DNA of 64,000 bases. Source: a virus. The stretch spans positions 32,001 through 96,000 of IMG/VR virus record IMGVR_UViG_3300023174_000071. One strand, written 5' to 3'. The translations under genes and the position numbers were made by a program. The notes beneath the pieces are model-generated. The model saw nothing but the letters and a program-made list of their open reading frames with translations, was not told the DNA's origin and did not search any database. Of the stretch, positions 58,483 through 64,000 are shown in pieces; position 1 is the first letter of the stretch, and each line of letters opens with the position of its first letter.

Positions 58483-59565
58483 ATGAACGTCGTACAAACA
58501 AAGCAAGTCCTTAAGAATATGCCGGTAGACAAATCTGTTCTTCTCCGTGCAAAGCATGGTGTTGGAAAGTCCTCTGTCATCCGTCAAGCTTGCGAAGAAA
58601 TGGGAATTCAATATTTCGATGTTCGCCTTTCTCAATGCGAAGTTGGCGATATTAAGGGGCTTCCATTTAAGAATGAAGAAAAGAAGATTACCGAGTTCTT
58701 GAAGTGCTATTGGTGGCCTCGTGATATGAATAGTCAGGGAGTTCTTTTCTTTGACGAACTAAACCGTGCATCCAAGGATACGCTCCAAGCAGTTTTTGAA
58801 ATCTGTCTTGATCGTCGTCTTGATGGTGAACCGCTACCTAAGGGTTGGCGTGTTGTTGCAGCAATTAATGCTGATGATGATTATGATGTTGTTGAACTCG
58901 ATCCGGCGCTTCTTGATCGTTGGTTTATTATTGATTTTGATCCTTCCGTTCAAGAATGGGTTAATTGGGCTCGTTCGGCTAAGCTTCATCCTGCAGTTGT
59001 TGACTTCGTTGCTCGTAATCCAAATCTTCTTGACCCTCCGGTTGGAAGCTTGGAGGCCGGTCGAGTTTACCCCTCCCGTCGTTCTTGGGCGGCTCTTAGT
59101 GACTGCCTAAATTCTATGAATATTATTGAGCAAAATGATGTAAGCATGCTTACCATGATCGCTAAGGGTTGGGTTGGTCGTGAAACCGCTCTTCCATTTG
59201 AAAAGTTCGTAACTAGCGAGTTCTCTTATCTTCGAGCAGAAGATGTTCTAAATGACTTTGATAAGTATCGCGAAAAGATTGTCTCTGCTTGTGCTGATAT
59301 CGAAGTTATTGCTGCTCTTGCGAATTCAGTTGTATCAACGTACAATGACCGCTCTCGTGTCGATGAAAAGCACAAGAAAGCTCTTTATAATTTCTTCCTC
59401 CTTCTCCCGAAGGATGTAGCATCAAATACTTGGACTCAAATTCTAAGCGGCAAGAAGAGTCGTGAGGTTTCCAAGACTTGGCAGCAGGAGCCTGAATTTA
59501 CAGAATTCCTAATGTCGATTTACACTCAGCGTCCGAAGCCAAAGGCAGAAGCGCTTACTGCGTAA
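58483..59565 (+). CDS. MoxR-like AAA+ ATPase (copy 2)
   Basis: AKHGVGKS, FFDELNRA, AAIN, ALLDRW, PSRRSW. Confidence 0.88.
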   Translation: MNVVQTKQVLKNMPVDKSVLLRAKHGVGKSSVIRQACEEMGIQYFDVRLSQCEVGDIKGLPFKNEEKKITEFLKCYWWPRDMNSQGVLFFDELNRASKDTLQAVFEICLDRRLDGEPLPKGWRVVAAINADDDYDVVELDPALLDRWFIIDFDPSVQEWVNWARSAKLHPAVVDFVARNPNLLDPPVGSLEAGRVYPSRRSWAALSDCLNSMNIIEQNDVSMLTMIAKGWVGRETALPFEKFVTSEFSYLRAEDVLNDFDKYREKIVSACADIEVIAALANSVVSTYNDRSRVDEKHKKALYNFFLLLPKDVASNTWTQILSGKKSREVSKTWQQEPEFTEFLMSIYTQRPKPKAEALTA

Positions 59566-59572
59566 AGATAAC

Positions 59573-59624
59573 TTGACAGATTGAATCCAACGGGCTAGAA
59601 TTCAAACACTAGCCCGTTTCTTTT
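59573..59624 (+). promoter_or_regulatory. Sigma70 promoter overlapping a terminator-like hairpin
   Basis: TTGACA-N17-TAGAAT; AACGGGCTAG/CTAGCCCGTT stem plus T-tract covers the -10. Confidence 0.65.
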
Positions 59625-59633
59625 GGAGAATAT

Positions 59634-60851
59634 ATGAATCCCGAACCAAGTAATGAATCGAAAATTGAGCAAAATTCGATTCTTTCAAATACTCAAATTT
59701 TAAGCGCAAAAGAAAAGCTTGATGTTGCAATTTCACGTCTAATTACATTTCAGCCGCTATATGGCGTTGTCTTTATGCATCTAAATAAGATGGAAAGCAA
59801 AACAATTCCAACGATGGCTGTAGGCGTTACTCGTCGTGTTGATCTGGTGTTTTATTATAATCTAGAGTTTGTTAGCAAGCTTGATATTCAGCAAATTACA
59901 GCCGTTCTGAAGCATGAAGCTTTGCATATTTTGCTTCATCATATTTCTCGAGCCCGACACTTTGCTTATAATCCTCGTGGATATAATATTGCAGCAGATT
60001 GCGCTATCAACTGTCATATTAAGAATCTGCCCGGAAACTGTATGCTGCCAAGCCTATTCGGTCTAAAAGATCATGAATCGGCTGAATGGTATTATGAAAA
60101 CATTAAGAATCAAGCAGAGAATGCGCAAAAAGGTCTTGAAGAATTTCTAAATTCAAAAGGTATTGATGTTGATGATATCGATGATCACTCCATGTGGGGC
60201 GATTTCGATGATGAAGTTATCCGAGAAAAAGTTCGAGGAATTGCTGATAAGGCCATTAAGGCTCAAGAGAAGCGTGGATGGGGCGATGTTGCCGGAAATC
60301 TTGCCGCTCAAATTATTGCGGCAAATAAACCGGTTATTATTTGGCAGCGTGAAGTTCGTTACTTTATTAATAAGCTGGTTTTGATGGATCGCAAGTCAAC
60401 TCGTATGCGGCCAAACCGTCGATATGGTTATAATAATCCGGGTACAAAGCGAGATTGCCGTTCAAGGATTCTTGTTGCTCTAGATACTTCCGGTTCGGTC
60501 TCCGATGATGAATTGGAATCCTTTGTAACAGAAATCAACGGCATGATTAATCATGTTTCGGTTGATGTTGTGCAATTTGATTGTGGCCCAAAGAACAAGC
60601 CGGAACCTTTCACAAAGAAGATAAAGAAAATGGATATTATCGGTCGAGGAGGAACAGATCCAAATCCGGTCTTGCTTCTTGCCGACGAAGAGGGCTATGA
60701 TGGGTTAGTCGTTCTTACTGATGGGGGATTCTCCATCACTGTAGATAAACCAAAATGCCGAGTGCTCTGGTGTGGCATGGAACGACATGAGAATTATTTC
60801 ACGCACATTAAGTTTGGAAAGAAAGTTTTCATTTCAGAAAAGAAGAAATAA
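59634..60851 (+). CDS. DUF2201-type metallopeptidase + VWA domain protein (copy 2)
   Basis: HEALH, YNIAADCAIN, DTSGSV, GRGGT, LTDG. Confidence 0.88.
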   Translation: MNPEPSNESKIEQNSILSNTQILSAKEKLDVAISRLITFQPLYGVVFMHLNKMESKTIPTMAVGVTRRVDLVFYYNLEFVSKLDIQQITAVLKHEALHILLHHISRARHFAYNPRGYNIAADCAINCHIKNLPGNCMLPSLFGLKDHESAEWYYENIKNQAENAQKGLEEFLNSKGIDVDDIDDHSMWGDFDDEVIREKVRGIADKAIKAQEKRGWGDVAGNLAAQIIAANKPVIIWQREVRYFINKLVLMDRKSTRMRPNRRYGYNNPGTKRDCRSRILVALDTSGSVSDDELESFVTEINGMINHVSVDVVQFDCGPKNKPEPFTKKIKKMDIIGRGGTDPNPVLLLADEEGYDGLVVLTDGGFSITVDKPKCRVLWCGMERHENYFTHIKFGKKVFISEKKK

Positions 60852-60860
60852 GGAGAATTA

Positions 60861-62072
60861 ATGTATCAAATTCATCGACAGACTCCGAGCAAGATTTCTA
60901 CAATTATGGTAGTTTTGGATGCCGGGGCACGGGCGGAATGGGGAGAATTTAATCCCGGAATTGCGCATATGCTTGAACACTGTCTTTTCAAGGGAACTGA
61001 AAAGCGCAATTGGGAAGAGATTCAGCGTGAACTTGGCTTTATCGGAGGAAATAGCAACGCATTTACATCAAATGAAATGGTTTGTTATTATATCTCAACC
61101 CCATTTGAAAATGTAGAGGCGGCAGCAGATATTATCTCTGACATTACATTTAACTCAACAATTCCTGAAGAAGAATTTCTAAAAGAAGTTGAAGTGGTTA
61201 AGGAAGAGGAGTTGATGTATAAGGAGGATCCTGATTCCGTAATGTGGGATCGATTCTGTGAGGAATTCTTCTCTAATTATCTGGCTACACCGGTTATTGG
61301 AACAGGCGAAACTATCGCTAAGTTTACACGGGATGAAGTGTACGCTTTCTATAAGAAGTTTTATAATCGAGATGGCATGCTTGTTGTTTTGACGAGCCCT
61401 TATTCGCAGGAAGAAGGTGAAGCTATTCTTGAGAAATACTTTGGTCCAAACGATAAGGTCTTTACCCGAGATGTTAAGTTTGAACAAAATGTGTATCCTC
61501 CATCCAAGCGAATCAATATGAAGAAGCCCGGTCTTGAACAGGCTCACGTTCAAATTGCATACCCCGGACTCAATGTTGGCGATCAAGATTTGCAATCTTT
61601 ACAAATTCTTAGCTGCATTCTCGGTGCAGGTATGGATAGCCGACTCTTTACGGAAGTTCGAGAAAAGAATGGCCTTTGCTACAATATTGGTTGCGGTTCT
61701 CAGCAGTTTCGTGATGCAGGAGCTTTTTTGATTAGTTCTTCGACTCGTGAAGAAAATATCGAAAAGCTAATTGGCCTAGTTAATGTTGAATTGGAAAAGC
61801 TAAAAAATCATCCTGTTACAGAAGAAGAATTGATGCGAGCGAAGAATAAGTTTCGAGCCAACTTCTATTCTTCCTGTGAATCGAGTTATGGCGTTGCGAA
61901 AGATCTTTTAGTTCAAGTTTTCAATAACCGAGCACCCATTGAAGCAATCATGGAACGATTGATGGCTGTAACAGCAGAAGATGTTATGAAGATTGCTAAT
62001 CGAATCTTTAATCATGACTTTAGCACAACAGTTGTCTGTGTAAATGAACGAGCAGAATCATCTCAGGCTTAG
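60861..62072 (+). CDS. M16-family (pitrilysin-like) zinc peptidase
   Basis: HMLEH inverted zinc motif, NAFTS, SRLFTEVREKNGLCY. Confidence 0.92.
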   Translation: MYQIHRQTPSKISTIMVVLDAGARAEWGEFNPGIAHMLEHCLFKGTEKRNWEEIQRELGFIGGNSNAFTSNEMVCYYISTPFENVEAAADIISDITFNSTIPEEEFLKEVEVVKEEELMYKEDPDSVMWDRFCEEFFSNYLATPVIGTGETIAKFTRDEVYAFYKKFYNRDGMLVVLTSPYSQEEGEAILEKYFGPNDKVFTRDVKFEQNVYPPSKRINMKKPGLEQAHVQIAYPGLNVGDQDLQSLQILSCILGAGMDSRLFTEVREKNGLCYNIGCGSQQFRDAGAFLISSSTREENIEKLIGLVNVELEKLKNHPVTEEELMRAKNKFRANFYSSCESSYGVAKDLLVQVFNNRAPIEAIMERLMAVTAEDVMKIANRIFNHDFSTTVVCVNERAESSQA

Positions 62073-62270
62073 TCTAGGCTAAGCTATAAGATGATGTAAA
62101 TCTGGATACGGAAAGTTGCTCAAAGTATATTTTGTTTGATAAAAGCAAAGCTGCTTTGAGCAAAATTTCGTCAAAATAGGATACTGCAAGAAAAGTTGTA
62201 AAATCTATTACAGCCTCGCAATAAAGAAGGTAAAATTAAGCATACCGCTGATTATCGAGGCTGAAACAAG

Positions 62271-62585
62271 ATGAATTTAATTTTCCTAATAGTATTCTCA
62301 ATTGGTGCGACAAACCTAGTTGTTAACGCATCAATATTAGAGGGGTTACGAAATGCAGTTTCTTCAAAGCATCAATTGTTAGAAAAGCTGCTATCCTGTA
62401 TGATGTGTGCGGGTTTCTGGGTTGGTATGTTATCGTCTTTATTTTTCGGAATCAATCCGATTTTTGCGGCGGTAATTTCCAGCCTTTTTTCACATCTATT
62501 TGGCGTACTAGTAGGGTGCGTCGAATCTGTAACTTATGCAAACTATCAAATTCCACAAGCTGTAGAGGTTGAATATGAAGAATAA
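62271..62585 (+). CDS. Small membrane protein with CxxC (DUF1360-like)
   Basis: LLSCMMCAGFWVG; hydrophobic segments. Confidence 0.65.
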   Translation: MNLIFLIVFSIGATNLVVNASILEGLRNAVSSKHQLLEKLLSCMMCAGFWVGMLSSLFFGINPIFAAVISSLFSHLFGVLVGCVESVTYANYQIPQAVEVEYEE

Positions 62586-63063
62586 GAATAGTCGTTTGTC
62601 TATCCCAGGAAAAATTATTGATCTTCTTTGGTACGATGATGAGTTTTTCCGAGAAGTAACCAATATTAAGAAGGCGTCAGATGTAAAGTTTCCGAAATAC
62701 GATCATTGGTTAGAATCGAATAATTTTTTCATGGAATTTGCTTTGGCGGGATACTCCGCTGAAGATATCTCCATTATCGTTCAAGATAATGAATTAGTTT
62801 TAAGAAGCACACGCTCATCTAAGACGGATGATTTGACGGAAGTGGATGTTGCTGCATCCGATTTGACTGCAAATACTCAACTAAAGATTCAGAAGGGCGT
62901 AGTTGTACGAGGCATTGCTCGCAGAAATTTTGAAGTTAAATTCCTAATTAGTTCAGAATTTGATCTTGAGCAAGCAACTGCTTCTATGAAAAATGGTCTA
63001 CTTCAGGTAATTGTTCCAACTAAGAAAGACCGAATTATTAAAAATATACTTATTCAAGAATAA
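62575..63063 (+). CDS. Small heat-shock protein (Hsp20), second copy
   Basis: FPKYD, EFALAGY, RGIARRNF, ASMKNGLL. Confidence 0.85.
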   Translation: MKNKNSRLSIPGKIIDLLWYDDEFFREVTNIKKASDVKFPKYDHWLESNNFFMEFALAGYSAEDISIIVQDNELVLRSTRSSKTDDLTEVDVAASDLTANTQLKIQKGVVVRGIARRNFEVKFLISSEFDLEQATASMKNGLLQVIVPTKKDRIIKNILIQE

Positions 63064-63081
63064 TATACAGAGAGGTTTAAA

Positions 63082-63360
63082 ATGGTTGATCATGTCAATG
63101 ATTATGCGGAATTAAAGAATCTGCTTCATACAATGGTATGTTCCATTGTTGATGAAGTAGAACGAGTTGAGATTGAAGCTTCTGATACTCAGAATGGATA
63201 CCTATTCCAAATTGCTGTATCAAAAGGCGATGTTGCGAAGCTTATTGGTAAAAAAGGTCGAGTAGCTACAGCCATTCGTTCGGTTGTTAAGGCTGCTGGT
63301 GCGAAGCGAGGCGTCCGCATTCTCGTTAACGTGCTAAATACCCCACTAGCCGCAGAATAA
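63082..63360 (+). CDS. khpA: KH-domain RNA-binding protein (KhpA family)
   Basis: GDVAKLIGKKGRVATAIR. Confidence 0.85.
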   Translation: MVDHVNDYAELKNLLHTMVCSIVDEVERVEIEASDTQNGYLFQIAVSKGDVAKLIGKKGRVATAIRSVVKAAGAKRGVRILVNVLNTPLAAE

Positions 63361-63381
63361 GTTATTTTATCTTTTTTCTCC

Positions 63382-63408
63382 AACGCGCCCATCGTGGCGC
63401 GTTTTTTT
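63382..63408 (+). terminator. Intrinsic terminator
   Basis: AACGCGCC/GGCGCGTT stem followed by a T-tract. Confidence 0.75.
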
Positions 63409-63488
63409 ATTGTTTATCAATGAAAATTTGTTAAAATTAAGTAAAATCAAATTAAGGCGCATGAAGCGTAAATCATAAGAGAGAAAAA

Positions 63489-63695
63489 ATGTCTGGAAAG
63501 AAAAAACTAAAACCCGCCGAAATCAAAAAGAAGATTTACCAGCTATACGAGAACTACGGAGTTGATTGCGGCGATATGGAAGAGGACGAATTGGAGCGCC
63601 TAATAAAAGAATATTCTGAATCCGGCGATATAGAAGCGGATCTAGAATTATCAAAACAAATCCTAAACATGTTTTCTTCTGGCTCAGAGGAATAA
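63489..63695 (+). CDS. Small acidic hypothetical protein
   Basis: 68 aa; stop overlaps the next start (TAATG). Confidence 0.6.
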   Translation: MSGKKKLKPAEIKKKIYQLYENYGVDCGDMEEDELERLIKEYSESGDIEADLELSKQILNMFSSGSEE

Positions 63696-64000
63696 TGTGT
63701 GCTATGCTCAACAGAAGAGGACTAGCCAGAAGGCTGTCCAAGAGGGCTCTCTTTAGTATTAGGGAGGCTGACCTCGTTATCGATGAATTGGCAAAGGTTA
63801 TTGCTGAGGAGTTGTATAATGGCAACGATGTTTGCATCGTTGGTTTTGGTAAATTCTTTCTATATGAACATTCCGCTCGTCCCGTTAGAAATCCAAAAAC
63901 AAAAGAAGAGATGACGCTTAAACCCTATAAGTCAGTCAAGTTTAGGCCCAGCACTAGATTGAAGGAAATTCTAAAGGAAAAGCATGACGGCTCAAAACCA
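63695..64000 (+). CDS. HU/IHF-family DNA-binding protein (runs off the window end; not in ORF track)
   Basis: Translated by hand: V.IVGFGKF....ARPVRNPKTKEEMTL....VKFRPS..LK. Confidence 0.85.
   Translation, partial: MCAMLNRRGLARRLSKRALFSIREADLVIDELAKVIAEELYNGNDVCIVGFGKFFLYEHSARPVRNPKTKEEMTLKPYKSVKFRPSTRLKEILKEKHDGSKP

Noticed and set aside
1-64000. Stop-codon reassignment as seen in some huge phages
   Set aside because: Conserved genes are intact in code 11, and TAA, TAG and TGA all end genes at sensible positions
1-64000. CRISPR array, tRNA or rRNA genes
   Set aside because: No regularly spaced repeats or cloverleaf with a T-loop were seen in the short intergenic gaps; checked by eye only, so tRNAscan-SE would be needed to be sure
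1-64000. Eukaryotic giant virus (NCLDV) origin
   Set aside because: Shine-Dalgarno sites, sigma70 promoters, intrinsic terminators, lipoboxes, LysM and HU all point to a bacterial host

Overview
This window is a gene-dense, AT-rich fragment that looks like part of a jumbo (huge) bacteriophage genome. It uses the standard genetic code, and I saw no tRNA, rRNA, CRISPR array or obvious capsid, terminase or polymerase gene. It mixes many short orphan ORFs with isolated host-like genes: GroEL, ClpA, two Hsp20s, an M16 peptidase, two MoxR-AAA+/VWA-metalloprotease pairs, LysRS, a SpoU methylase, PurA, an IMPDH/GMP-reductase-family enzyme, a DHH phosphoesterase, UvsE, a DNA methylase, KhpA and HU. 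Patterns not explained by single-gene annotation: (1) about 10 unrelated-looking small proteins share a C-terminal 'P/S-x-E-L-K-x-x-I-I-x-N-L-x-L-F' helix, and most sit beside a MoxR/VWA pair; (2) a shared K-x-A propeptide-like motif occurs in genes behind a non-sigma70 'NNCTA(A/T)T' promoter-like motif, including a 1074-aa probable polyprotein with three linkers; (3) a PurA + probable GMP reductase + DHH module could turn host G nucleotides into A; (4) an RNA-repair-like set lies next to LysRS; (5) there are several other paralogous motif families and RBS-enclosing inverted repeats. All family calls come from motif recognition by eye; no searches were run.
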